64,000 bases of DNA, taken from NCBI GenBank assembly GCA_947474635.1, contig CANJJB010000002.1, positions 6,533 through 70,532 on the forward strand. Reading direction: 5' to 3'. The position numbers were made by a program, and so were the translations under genes. Origin of the DNA: Parachlamydiales bacterium (GTDB lineage Bacteria; Chlamydiota; Chlamydiia; Chlamydiales; Rhabdochlamydiaceae). The notes below the pieces were generated by a model. The model saw nothing but the letters and a program-made list of their open reading frames with translations. It had not been told where the DNA came from and made no database searches. Below are positions 9,701-19,030 of the stretch, piece after piece; positions within the stretch are counted from its first letter, which is position 1; each line of letters starts with the position of its first letter.

Positions 9701-10951
9701 ATGTTTATAGATAAATTGAGTGCTATCAAGCAAGAAATCTTCAGTTTCACAAGGTCAGAGCGGATTTTCATTCTCTGCGCCATGATCTGCGGTTTTTGCA
9801 TTAGCGCGGAATACGCCATCATCCGGCCCGTTAGCAATGCTGTTTTTATGACAGCCTATGGTAGTGGTTTTTTTCCATGGGTGTGGATGGCACTTGTTCC
9901 ACTTAACTTTCTAGCAGTCGAGCTCTATAACAGATTTCTACCAAGGCTTGGTTGTCGGAATATGTTTCTAATCATTGCAAGTCTTGTAATAGGGGTGAAT
10001 GCCATAGGTCCCTTGCTTTTAAAAACATGGTCTTTGTTTCCCTTTGTATTTTACTGCTGGAAAGAGATCTACGTGCTTTTGATGTTTCAGCAATTGTGGT
10101 CAGTGATCCATTCGATGATCAAGTTTGATCGGGCAAAATATCTCTATGGCCTTTTTTTTGCAGTGGGGGGCTTAGGGGGAATTGTAGGAAGTTTTCTTCC
10201 AGGATTTTTGGCTGTTAAACTAGGCTCTGAAAACTTTTTATATATGGGCATTCCTTTTTACTGCGCGTTAGTGGCAAGTTTTCTTATCCTGCTTACTCAT
10301 AGTCACGACTCGGTAAAAAATAAGTGGGAAGTGAAAAAAGGCTCTATACAAGAGGGTGTAAAACTGATTGTCAAGTCTAGGACTTTGATTTTTATTTTGC
10401 TCCTTGTTGTGTTCATGCAGCTAACATCTACCATTCTCTACTATCAAATTAATCAAACCGTTGAAACCACCATATTAGATAAAGACCTTAGAACAGAGTT
10501 TTTTGGAAAGATCTTGGGGCTAACCAATGTGATTACTGTTGCTCTCCAATGCCTCGGATCTTTTTTACTCGTCCATTTTATCGGCCTGCGCCTTAGTCAT
10601 TTTTGTATCCCTTGCATCCTTTGCGTTAACGCTCTGGGGTGCCTTGTCTTTCCTTTCTTTTCGATGTTTTCTTACGCATATGTCACAATTAAGGCTTTTG
10701 ACTTTTCGGTCTTTGGCATATTGAAAGAAATGCTTTATATTCCTCTTAGCAAGGAGGAGAAGTTTCAAGCAAAAGCATTTATCGATGTCTTTGCCTACAG
10801 ATCCTCTAAGGCTCTTGCCTCTTTTCTTATTTTAGCCTTTCAGTTTATCCAGGCACCTTTTTCTGCACTCAGCTGGATCTCGGCAATTGTCTGCCTCATC
10901 TGGTGCTTTGTTGCTACCAAGATGCCGCAAGAACAAAAAAAGCCTGCTTGA
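9701..10951 (+). CDS. multi-pass membrane carrier, TLC (ATP/ADP antiporter, NTT)-like or related MFS-like transporter
   Basis: 416 aa with about 11-12 hydrophobic segments. The N-terminal region (ERIFILCAMICGFCISAEYAIIRPVSNAV) resembles the first TM and loop of NTT-type carriers. It is shorter than classical NTTs. Confidence 0.55.
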   Translation: MFIDKLSAIKQEIFSFTRSERIFILCAMICGFCISAEYAIIRPVSNAVFMTAYGSGFFPWVWMALVPLNFLAVELYNRFLPRLGCRNMFLIIASLVIGVNAIGPLLLKTWSLFPFVFYCWKEIYVLLMFQQLWSVIHSMIKFDRAKYLYGLFFAVGGLGGIVGSFLPGFLAVKLGSENFLYMGIPFYCALVASFLILLTHSHDSVKNKWEVKKGSIQEGVKLIVKSRTLIFILLLVVFMQLTSTILYYQINQTVETTILDKDLRTEFFGKILGLTNVITVALQCLGSFLLVHFIGLRLSHFCIPCILCVNALGCLVFPFFSMFSYAYVTIKAFDFSVFGILKEMLYIPLSKEEKFQAKAFIDVFAYRSSKALASFLILAFQFIQAPFSALSWISAIVCLIWCFVATKMPQEQKKPA

Positions 10952-10984
10952 CGGCGTCTCAAAAAATCTGTATAGCTCATTTTA

Positions 10985-12619
10985 ATGAGCGACCTTCCTA
11001 TTTTAAACGATCCGCTGCGCAACAAGGGACTTGCCTTTACAGGGCTAGAAAGAGACTCTTTGGGGCTAAACGGCTTATTGCCTTATGCTACTTTAACATT
11101 AGAAGAGCAGGTGCTTCAGAAGTATAAGAGCTTTAAGTCTCAAGCGGGCGATCTTGCTAAGTACGTCTTTTTATCCTCTATTCAAAATCATAATGAAGTG
11201 CTTTTTTATAGGCTTGTCTCAGAGCACATAGCTGAGATGCTACCGTTAATTTATACGCCTAATATTGGGGATGTCTCGCTTCAATATAGTTTGCTCTATT
11301 CCCATCATAGAGGGCTTTACCTTTCCTATCCTCTGAAGGACAAAATTGAAAAGATGATCCACGATCTTCCTAATGAGAATATCGATGTGATTGTGATCAC
11401 AGATGGAGAAAGGATTTTAGGCTTAGGGGATTTGGGTGCAGGTGGTATGGCAATTCCTATTGGAAAGCTTGCTATTTATACACTCTTTGGGGGCATTCAC
11501 CCTTCAAAAACATTGCCTATCCTATTAGATGTGGGAACAAATAACCAGACACTTTTAGATGATCCTTTTTATATCGGTTGGCGGCATGAGAGAATATCCG
11601 GTAAAGAGTATGATGATTTTGTAGATCTCTGCATTCAGGCTCTTAAAAAGAAATACCCGACTGTGCTACTCCAATGGGAAGATTTTGGGCATGCTCATGC
11701 AAGGCCCCTTCTAGAAAAATATCAAGATCAGATCTGCTCTTTCAACGATGATATCCAGGGGACAGCGGCTGCTACTTTAGCTGCTATGATTGCCTCTGCA
11801 AAACTTACCCAGACCAAGATGCAAGACCAAAGGATTGTCATCTTAGGAGGGGGTTCTGCAGGTATGGGGATCATTCATCATATTCTAGGTGCCATGGTTC
11901 AACAAGGTATCAAACTAGAAGAGGCCAAAAAAGCCTTTTATATTGTCGATATCCAAGGCCTTGTTCATAAACAGCAAGAGGGGATACCTGCTCACCACCT
12001 TCCGTTTGCAAGAGAGGCAGATGAGATTGTCAAATGGGCCTTCGAGGATATCAAAAAAATCTCTCTTTTAGAAGTTGTCAAAGCTGCGCGCCCCACGATA
12101 CTCATTGGCGTTTCTGCGCAAGCAGGCGCTTTTACGGAAGAAGTGATCAAGACGATGGCTCAATATGTGGCGCGGCCTGTGATCATTCCTCTTTCCAATC
12201 CGACCTCTAAAAGTGAAGCGCACCCAGCAGATCTTATTGTCTGGACAAAAGGTAAAGCAATCATTGCAACAGGTAGTCCTTTTGATCCTGTACTCTACAA
12301 TGGAAACACCTACCATATTGCTCAATGCAATAACGTTAGCATTTTCCCCGGTATTGGTCTTGGTCTTGTTGCCTGTAAAAGTAAAAAAGTAACAGATGCG
12401 ATGTTTTATAAAGCAGCTGATATTCTAAGCCAGCACTCTCCTATGCTCCACGATCCCTTCGGGACTCTTTTTCCCCCTGTAGAAAGCGTTCGCAAAATTA
12501 GCCAGCAGATTGCCGAAGCAGTTGTTCAGATTGCGCAAGAGGAAGGCCTTGCCCCCAAGACTTCTCCTGAAGAGATCAAAGAGCTTGTGCGCAAGACCTT
12601 ATGGGCTGCTACTTATTAA
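10985..12619 (+). CDS. maeA: NAD(P)-dependent malic enzyme
   Basis: 544 aa with ITDGERILGLGDLG and dinucleotide fold ILGGGSAGMGI. Similar to malic enzyme along the full length. Confidence 0.93.
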   Translation: MSDLPILNDPLRNKGLAFTGLERDSLGLNGLLPYATLTLEEQVLQKYKSFKSQAGDLAKYVFLSSIQNHNEVLFYRLVSEHIAEMLPLIYTPNIGDVSLQYSLLYSHHRGLYLSYPLKDKIEKMIHDLPNENIDVIVITDGERILGLGDLGAGGMAIPIGKLAIYTLFGGIHPSKTLPILLDVGTNNQTLLDDPFYIGWRHERISGKEYDDFVDLCIQALKKKYPTVLLQWEDFGHAHARPLLEKYQDQICSFNDDIQGTAAATLAAMIASAKLTQTKMQDQRIVILGGGSAGMGIIHHILGAMVQQGIKLEEAKKAFYIVDIQGLVHKQQEGIPAHHLPFAREADEIVKWAFEDIKKISLLEVVKAARPTILIGVSAQAGAFTEEVIKTMAQYVARPVIIPLSNPTSKSEAHPADLIVWTKGKAIIATGSPFDPVLYNGNTYHIAQCNNVSIFPGIGLGLVACKSKKVTDAMFYKAADILSQHSPMLHDPFGTLFPPVESVRKISQQIAEAVVQIAQEEGLAPKTSPEEIKELVRKTLWAATY

Positions 12620-13702
12620 ATTAAGAAAGTAGCGCGTATGACGCAGCTCTCCCGTTTGTACTAAAGCGCCTTTTTGAACTAGATCCGCTAAATCACGCGT
12701 AGCGGTTGCTCTAGAAGTCTTTGTGATTTTAATGTAGTTTTCAGCACTTAAGCCGCCCTTAAAGCCGCTCGGGCCTTCTACAAATAATCTGAGAAGAATT
12801 TTTTCCTGGCGAGTATTGAGTTGTCCTGCAAGCTTTGTAAGCATCTTTGATTTTTCGATAAGAAAGTAGAGTAGGCTCATCGATTCTTCCTGTCCCTTCA
12901 AAATAACATCTGCAAAAAACTCTATCCAATGCTGTACATCTAATGTTCGGTTACATTTTTCTAGAGCGTGATAATAGTCCTTCTTTTGTTTTTCTAATAT
13001 TTTAGACACTGCAATCAATACAGGCCTGCCGACTGCCTGAGAGAGAATTTTTTCAACAAGGATACGCCCGATTCTTCCATTACCATCTTCAAAGGGATGG
13101 ATGCTTTCAAAATAGATATGCGCAATGGCAGCTTTTCCAAGAATGGTTTGAGAAACGCTTGTAGAGTTAAACCAAGTAATAAAAGCCTCCATCTCATCTG
13201 TTACTTGGGAAGAGGGAGGAGCTTCAAAGAAAACGTGTGGGAAGTCATAACGATTAGAAACAATCTGCATCGGTTCAGCATGCGTGCGGTATTTCCCGAT
13301 ATCTGTTATATGAGGTTGATCTTTAAAAAGGGTAGCGTGCCACTCCCACAGCATTGCATGCGTTAGTGGCTTACTAAAAGATTCATAGACACTGCAAAGC
13401 AGTTTAGCCATTTGAGCTTCTTTTCCTCGTTCTTTCTTAAGGGTGGGCTTTAGGCCAAAGTGCTGCTTGATTGATGACTGTAAACTTTCTCTATCTAGGA
13501 TTTCTCCTTCGATTCTAGAGCTTTCTAAGCCTTCTAAGCTTAAGATTTCAACGATGAATTGACTGCTTTCTTCCTGGTCGATATTTTTTAAAAAGGCAGA
13601 GGCACTACCAATGCTTACCAGGAAATCCCTTTCCTGTTTTATGATTTGGTCATAGCTACAGTTAAATTTAGGCCATTCAGGCAATTCCCAGTTCCACGGC
13701 AT
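12599..13702 (-). CDS. Fic-domain protein (AMPylase-type) with N-terminal inhibitory-type motif
   Basis: Fic motif HPFEDGNGRIGR, upstream S-x3-E-G motif (SSRIEG), and a winged-helix-like C-terminus. The 3' end overlaps the malic enzyme gene by 21 nt (convergent). Confidence 0.9.
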   Translation of the reverse strand: MPWNWELPEWPKFNCSYDQIIKQERDFLVSIGSASAFLKNIDQEESSQFIVEILSLEGLESSRIEGEILDRESLQSSIKQHFGLKPTLKKERGKEAQMAKLLCSVYESFSKPLTHAMLWEWHATLFKDQPHITDIGKYRTHAEPMQIVSNRYDFPHVFFEAPPSSQVTDEMEAFITWFNSTSVSQTILGKAAIAHIYFESIHPFEDGNGRIGRILVEKILSQAVGRPVLIAVSKILEKQKKDYYHALEKCNRTLDVQHWIEFFADVILKGQEESMSLLYFLIEKSKMLTKLAGQLNTRQEKILLRLFVEGPSGFKGGLSAENYIKITKTSRATATRDLADLVQKGALVQTGELRHTRYFLNLISSSP

Positions 13703-13776
13703 GAGTTATAGATCTCCTTTCTATAACTCACAATTGTGCCATTTTATGAGTTATAGAGCAAGATTCTATAGCTCAT
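13702..13776. promoter_or_regulatory. two copies of a TGAGTTATAG-N9-CTATAACTCA palindrome upstream of the Fic gene
   Basis: Palindrome 1 at 13702-13730 is a perfect 10-9-10 that spans the Fic start codon and has its AGGAG in the spacer. Palindrome 2 at 13746-13776 is 11-9-11 with one mismatch. The two are offset by 45 bp. Confidence 0.4.
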
Positions 13777-13858
13777 CGTGGTATTTTATTTTTTAAAATG
13801 CAGTGTATCAAGAACTTATAGATTGACCGAAATCGGGGAATTATCCGATCATGTCCCC

Positions 13859-14797
13859 ATGAAACTTTTACTTTCTAAACCACGTGGATTCTGTGCAGGA
13901 GTTGTTAGAGCTATAGACACGGTCGAAAAGGCTTTGGAACTGTGGGGTCCTCCTATCTATGTAAAGCATGGCATTGTGCATAACCGCCATGTGGTAGATG
14001 GATTAAAGAGCAAGGGCGCTGTTTTTGTAGAGGAGCTGCAAGATGTTCCGGCAGGCTCTCGGGTTATTTACTCTGCTCATGGCGTATCTCCAAAAGTTAG
14101 GGAAGAGGCTAAAGAGCGGGGACTCATTGAAATTGATGCTACCTGCGGACTTGTGACTAAAGTGCACTCAGCTGTCAAAAGATTTTCCCAGAAAGGGTAC
14201 CAGATCATTTTGATTGGGCATAAGAACCATGTCGAAGTGATTGGAACAGCAGGGGAGGCTCCAGATGTCACTACGATTGTTGAATCGGCAAAAGATGTCG
14301 ATAAACTTAGCTTTGCTCCGGGAACCAAGCTTTTTTATACCACCCAAACAACGCTTAGCCTAGATGATATTGAAGAGATTGTAAAAGCGCTTGTTGCAAA
14401 ATATCCCCACGTTGAAACACTTCCCTCATCCTCTATTTGCTATGCGACAACAAACCGTCAAATGGCGCTTAGAGAGATCACAGATCTTGCTGACCTGATT
14501 CTAGTTGTGGGAGATCCTTCTAGTTCTAATTCCAATCGCTTAAGAGAAGTTGCAGCCCTAAGAGGCGTGCCTTCCTATTTGATCAATGATGAATCTGAAA
14601 TCGATCTTAAATGGTTAGAAGGCGTTCTCACAATCGGGATGACAGCAGGAGCTTCCACTCCAGAAAATGTCGTCCAGCGCTGCATTGCCTATCTTAAAGA
14701 TCATGGAGTCAGTACTGTCGAAGATGTGCTGCTCATCGAAGAATCTGTCTTTTTTCAACTTCCTAGAGAAGTTATGTCTACTGTATCGCGCGGATGA
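13859..14797 (+). CDS. ispH: 4-hydroxy-3-methylbut-2-enyl diphosphate reductase
   Basis: Start at ATG 13859 (MKLLLSKPRGFCAGV). The three Cys blocks FCAGV, ATCGLV and ICYAT, plus VHNRHV, are present. Confidence 0.93.
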   Translation: MKLLLSKPRGFCAGVVRAIDTVEKALELWGPPIYVKHGIVHNRHVVDGLKSKGAVFVEELQDVPAGSRVIYSAHGVSPKVREEAKERGLIEIDATCGLVTKVHSAVKRFSQKGYQIILIGHKNHVEVIGTAGEAPDVTTIVESAKDVDKLSFAPGTKLFYTTQTTLSLDDIEEIVKALVAKYPHVETLPSSSICYATTNRQMALREITDLADLILVVGDPSSSNSNRLREVAALRGVPSYLINDESEIDLKWLEGVLTIGMTAGASTPENVVQRCIAYLKDHGVSTVEDVLLIEESVFFQLPREVMSTVSRG

Positions 14798-16469
14798 GAA
14801 GGCCTGCAAGGGTGTAGCGATTTTTGGGATGCCCTTCGCGTATTGCTTCGATGAGCATGTTAAGGCTTTTCTCATCATGACGGTCGGCAAGAGCTTGGTA
14901 AGCTTCGATGAGAAGGCGAGAGCTTTCTTCCGGCGCTAGCTCATAGTGAGTCTTTTCAGATTGGCGCATAGAAAAGGGTATGGCTGGCCTAAATCTAAAC
15001 ATTTCAACATCTTTGGCATTCCCAATCCATTTACGTATGACCTCTTCATAGCCTTGTTCTCGATATAGGCGATAAAGAGCAAGCGTGCAGTAAGCGCGTA
15101 TGTAAGGGGCTCCTGCTGTTTGAGCTTTTTTCTTGAGCATGGTAAGGGTTGCATCTGTTTGATGATTTTCTAAAAGAGAGACAAGTAGGGGCACTAGATC
15201 TATTTGCCTGCTATCAAATATGCGGTGAGCAAGGTGTAAAAAAGCATTTTCCGGTAGCTCTAAGGACTGTATTAAAAGCTGCTCTCTGACTTGAGCGGTG
15301 ATGCCAAAAAGATCCAGTGGGTAGTCTTGTTTCATGTGGCTGTGCACAGAGGGGATGACCTTCCAAGATAGAAGGGAGTGCCCAACGGAATAATTGGGCT
15401 GGAACCCGAGATCCCTTGAGTCTTTGATTAAAATCTCTTCGATAACAGGAAGCGCTCTAGGATCTCGTAACTTGAGAAGAGATATCGCTGCATTCCAGCG
15501 GATGTGCAAGCTTTCTTCTTGCAGGAGATCTGCTAGGATATCTCCTGATCCTGGTAAGTCTCCGAGTAGGGCAATTGCAAAAAGATTGCGTGCTTTGGCA
15601 GATTCTTCGACAAAGAAGCGCTGGGTGACATCTCCTAACATGTAGAGAGATTTAGCAGCAGCTAGCTGGATGTTGATTGAAGGAGCTTTTAAAAGCCTTT
15701 GGAGCTGCGGAATTGATTGTGAGTCTTTGAGAAGGCCAAGGGCTGCTCCGCACGCTTCTTGCTCATCTACACTTGAGTGAGTCGCATGGGCTCTAATTTT
15801 AGGTAATAAATCATCACGTCCAGATCTTGCAGCACTCAATATCGCTTCAATGCGTACAGAAGACGATGGATCTTCGATGAGCTGTTTTAGCACGATCATC
15901 GCATCTTTTGTTCCAATCAGAGCAAAAAACTGGGGGAAATAAGCCCTTAGGCCATCGGGCAGTCTATGCATGAGCGCTTCAATCTGACCTGTTGCCTTGG
16001 CGTGTTTACGAGCAGATAAATGATAGCCCGCTTCAAGTCTTGCCATTAAAAAGTTAGAAGACATCGCCTTTGTTAAAAGCTCATCACATCTGTCATCTTG
16101 CATGCTAGCTAAGAACTGGATCGAGGCCATCTGCGTTTCAGGATTTTGACTTTTTATCCCTTCTGCCAAAATATCAATCGTTGATGTTAGTCCTGCAATG
16201 CTTGCTCCATAAAGACTCATCAGCTGAATTTCAGGATCGCTGCTATGTATGCCACGCTCTAAAATGATCGTAGACATTTGCTGCAAGACTTCAAAATCGT
16301 GCCTGCCGAGCTCTCTTTTATACTCGTCATAGAGCGTAAAAGCAGGAATAAACTTATTGGATTGCATGAGATAAAAAATATGGTCAGAGTCAATTGGATG
16401 AGCAAGTTCTTCTCCCACAAGAGGACTGCACAGTAGGAGCGCTGCTAAAGCTCTTTTAAGAAATCCCAT
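14778..16469 (-). CDS. secreted HEAT-repeat protein
   Basis: Signal-peptide-like N-terminus (MGFLKRALAALLLCSPLVG). Repeated helical units follow: DPEIQLMSLYGA, NPETQMASIQFL, SSSVRIEAILSA, SINIQLAAAKSL, SLHIRWNAAISLLKLRDPRALP. Confidence 0.7.
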   Translation of the reverse strand: MGFLKRALAALLLCSPLVGEELAHPIDSDHIFYLMQSNKFIPAFTLYDEYKRELGRHDFEVLQQMSTIILERGIHSSDPEIQLMSLYGASIAGLTSTIDILAEGIKSQNPETQMASIQFLASMQDDRCDELLTKAMSSNFLMARLEAGYHLSARKHAKATGQIEALMHRLPDGLRAYFPQFFALIGTKDAMIVLKQLIEDPSSSVRIEAILSAARSGRDDLLPKIRAHATHSSVDEQEACGAALGLLKDSQSIPQLQRLLKAPSINIQLAAAKSLYMLGDVTQRFFVEESAKARNLFAIALLGDLPGSGDILADLLQEESLHIRWNAAISLLKLRDPRALPVIEEILIKDSRDLGFQPNYSVGHSLLSWKVIPSVHSHMKQDYPLDLFGITAQVREQLLIQSLELPENAFLHLAHRIFDSRQIDLVPLLVSLLENHQTDATLTMLKKKAQTAGAPYIRAYCTLALYRLYREQGYEEVIRKWIGNAKDVEMFRFRPAIPFSMRQSEKTHYELAPEESSRLLIEAYQALADRHDEKSLNMLIEAIREGHPKNRYTLAGLLIRAIQ

Positions 16470-17032
16470 AAATCAATCCCAACGTTAAGAAGTAGAAGAG
16501 CTGCTGTATTGATCGGAAGCCCCAGGACATTGTAGTAACATCCTTCAATTTTAGATATCACAAGCGCGCCTCCCTTTTCAATGGCAAATCCGCCTGCTTT
16601 ATCACAAGCATGGCATTTACTATGGAACTTTCTGATCTGGCTATCTGAGAGCTTGTTAAAGAGTAGCGTTGTTTCTTCGTGCTTTGAGAAGACTTCGCTA
16701 CCGCGTCTAACAGTCACTCCTGTGATCACTTGCTGAGACTTGCCTGAGAATGCTTTGAGAAAGGAAAAAGCTTCTTGTGCATCTAAAGGTTTGTTATAGA
16801 GCTTTCCATTAAAAAAGACAACTGTATCTGCGGTAAGGATGATCTCATTCGGAAACTTATGAGCTATCACCTCTGCTTTTTTCTGAGATAGGGTGATGGC
16901 ATGGAGAGCAGGATCGCCAGAAAAGGGAATACTATCCTCATCAAAATGCGCAGGGACTTGCTCAAAAGGCAGAGAAAAGAATTCCATGATTTCTTTTCTA
17001 CGGGGAGATTGAGACCCCAAAATGATTTTCAT
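16445..17032 (-). CDS. maf: Maf-like nucleoside triphosphate pyrophosphatase
   Basis: 195 aa with IILGSQSPRRKEI at the N-terminus and overall Maf similarity. Confidence 0.88.
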   Translation of the reverse strand: MKIILGSQSPRRKEIMEFFSLPFEQVPAHFDEDSIPFSGDPALHAITLSQKKAEVIAHKFPNEIILTADTVVFFNGKLYNKPLDAQEAFSFLKAFSGKSQQVITGVTVRRGSEVFSKHEETTLLFNKLSDSQIRKFHSKCHACDKAGGFAIEKGGALVISKIEGCYYNVLGLPINTAALLLLNVGIDLWDFLKEL

Positions 17033-18946
17033 TTAGCTTTTTTTCTTAGGTTTTTTTACAGCAGCTATTGTAGAAGACCCTTCAGAGTGGTCCACCCAAA
17101 TAGGAGAGCTCCAGGCCATATGCCCATCTGCTTGCGTTACGCGGAGATAATAAAAGATAAAGGGAGATTTATTTTCAGAGGCCGGCAGTGTAATTTTAGA
17201 GATGCTTTCAAGATCATCCACTGCAAAGTCAAAGAAATAGCTTTTTGCCTCCAGCTCTTTGAAAGGCTGGCCATTGCGGAAGATCATCACTTCTTTGAGA
17301 GGAGCTGTTCCTGCAACGTAGCCAGAGATATGGCGATTAATCGCAAGGCCTGGTTTTGCTTTGGTTGAGAGCTCAGATCCCATTGTGGCACCTGCAATGT
17401 TAAACCCTAGGATGATGCGCTTACCTGTTGTTGCATAACAACTTCTATTTTGCAAAGCAAGCATGAGAGCTTCTCTTGTCTGGGCAGTTGCTAAAATAGC
17501 TGTAAGACCGGGGCTGTATTGCTTTTGCTTTTCTTCATAGAAAGACTCGTAAATACCTCGATCATCAAGTCCACCTGCTACAAAGCCAAATCTGCAGTTA
17601 TTTCTAAGGGCTTTAACAATGGAGCCAGAGTCGATCGGTTGAACACCTGTTTTAGCAGGGGAGGAGATCGGGCGAGGGTTACCTTCTTTATCAGAACATT
17701 CTGATGAACCCCATGCATTGTAAATCTCAACTACGCGCTCAAAGTCCGGTTGAAAGTTAGTAAAATCTGTTTCAAAGCCTTTTCCCATGGTAAAGCAGGG
17801 TATAGACAAGAGATCTTTAGGACTTGTTGTCTGGTAAAGCTTTTTAAGAGTGTTTGTCTTGGCTTCTTTTTTACGTAGTATCGGCTTGTTTTCTTTAAAA
17901 TAAACAAGCTGCCTTAAGCCCTCATCGCTTCCCTTAGAGAAAAACTGAAAGCCTAGGAAAGTGTTGAAGCGCTGATCTTCGTTAAACTCTGTGATCTGCT
18001 GACCAATCAGCTTCCAATCTTCATTGGTTGTTTCTTCAATGCTTTCAAAGGGAGATGTAGCAAAAAATTGGAGCGCTTTTTCATCTCTAAAAAAGCGGAG
18101 GCTAGATTCGATATTTTCTGTCGAATCAAATTTCTCAGATTCTCCATGTAAGAGTCCCCAGAAAAGAGTAACAGGCGTTTCAACCAAGCATTTAATTGGA
18201 GCTGAGTAAAAGACATCTTCTGATTTCATATTACGCAGCTTGATTTTGTAAACACCTGGTTCATTGAAGTAGAGGTTAGGAAGGTTGATGAAACCCGTTT
18301 CAGGCACAAAGAGTTTCCAGTTGAGATTTTCTCTTAGATTTTCGTAGCTTAGCTCAATCAAAGTATTTTCAAGCGCGTTATTTGTAAGGTTGCCATAAGC
18401 ATCTTCGAAGCGGACAATAACATCAAAGCGTTTATTTTTTTCAACAATAGAAGGCGTGATGATACGGATATTGTTAAGAGTATTTCCTTTGATATCGATA
18501 TGGAATACTTCTTGCTCTTTGAAATCGTTTTTACCTCTTGGGTCGATATACAGATAGAAGGGTTTTCTTCTCTGTACGATTGTCTGCGCTCTATTGCCAT
18601 GCTCTTGGGTCTTTAAAGAAGATCCTAAAAAGATGGTAAAATTCTCACCCGATTTAACTTCAGAAAGAAGAATAAACTCAAACAAAGGAGCAAACTCCTC
18701 TGTTTTTTCAACAATTTTTGGCACTAGCGATTTACCATTTGGAAGCTCTGCCCAAATCAAGTTATCCTTGTTTTTTTCCTGGATTTTAGGGACTTCCCAG
18801 TCAATCGGCCTTCCTCTAGAAGCTATATCAAACCGAATTTTAGCCCCCTTCGGAAGGTTCGTAGCGGGTGTATAAATAAACTTAAAGGTTTGCACCTCGG
18901 CTGCTAAGCAATGGTTAGGTTCACATATACAAATAGATCTACGCAT
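17033..18946 (-). CDS. large conserved hypothetical protein (tentatively DUF3604/PHP-like with altered metal ligands)
   Basis: 637-aa ORF abutting the maf start. Segments FWGLLHGESEKFDS and VEIYNAWGSSE loosely resemble DUF3604 metal-site blocks. This comparison is from memory and is tentative. Confidence 0.6.
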   Translation of the reverse strand: MRRSICICEPNHCLAAEVQTFKFIYTPATNLPKGAKIRFDIASRGRPIDWEVPKIQEKNKDNLIWAELPNGKSLVPKIVEKTEEFAPLFEFILLSEVKSGENFTIFLGSSLKTQEHGNRAQTIVQRRKPFYLYIDPRGKNDFKEQEVFHIDIKGNTLNNIRIITPSIVEKNKRFDVIVRFEDAYGNLTNNALENTLIELSYENLRENLNWKLFVPETGFINLPNLYFNEPGVYKIKLRNMKSEDVFYSAPIKCLVETPVTLFWGLLHGESEKFDSTENIESSLRFFRDEKALQFFATSPFESIEETTNEDWKLIGQQITEFNEDQRFNTFLGFQFFSKGSDEGLRQLVYFKENKPILRKKEAKTNTLKKLYQTTSPKDLLSIPCFTMGKGFETDFTNFQPDFERVVEIYNAWGSSECSDKEGNPRPISSPAKTGVQPIDSGSIVKALRNNCRFGFVAGGLDDRGIYESFYEEKQKQYSPGLTAILATAQTREALMLALQNRSCYATTGKRIILGFNIAGATMGSELSTKAKPGLAINRHISGYVAGTAPLKEVMIFRNGQPFKELEAKSYFFDFAVDDLESISKITLPASENKSPFIFYYLRVTQADGHMAWSSPIWVDHSEGSSTIAAVKKPKKKS

Positions 18947-19030
18947 AGATTATATCTTATCTTTAAAGTTGAATGGCCGTATTCTGCCTGAAAACTTCTT
19001 TCTTGCGCAAGGAGTTATACTTCTAACAAT

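Noticed and set aside
12560-13860. Search for direct repeats duplicating the malic-enzyme gene tail around the first Fic gene, by analogy with the other two cassettes
   Set aside because: Only a short chance-level match was seen (CAAGACCTTAT versus CAAGAACTTAT). There is no convincing flanking duplication, so I make no insertion claim for this Fic copy.
16901-17368. 155-aa plus-strand ORF
   Set aside because: It is antisense to the maf start and the 3' end of the 637-aa gene, is Arg/Phe-rich, and has no motif. It is a shadow ORF.
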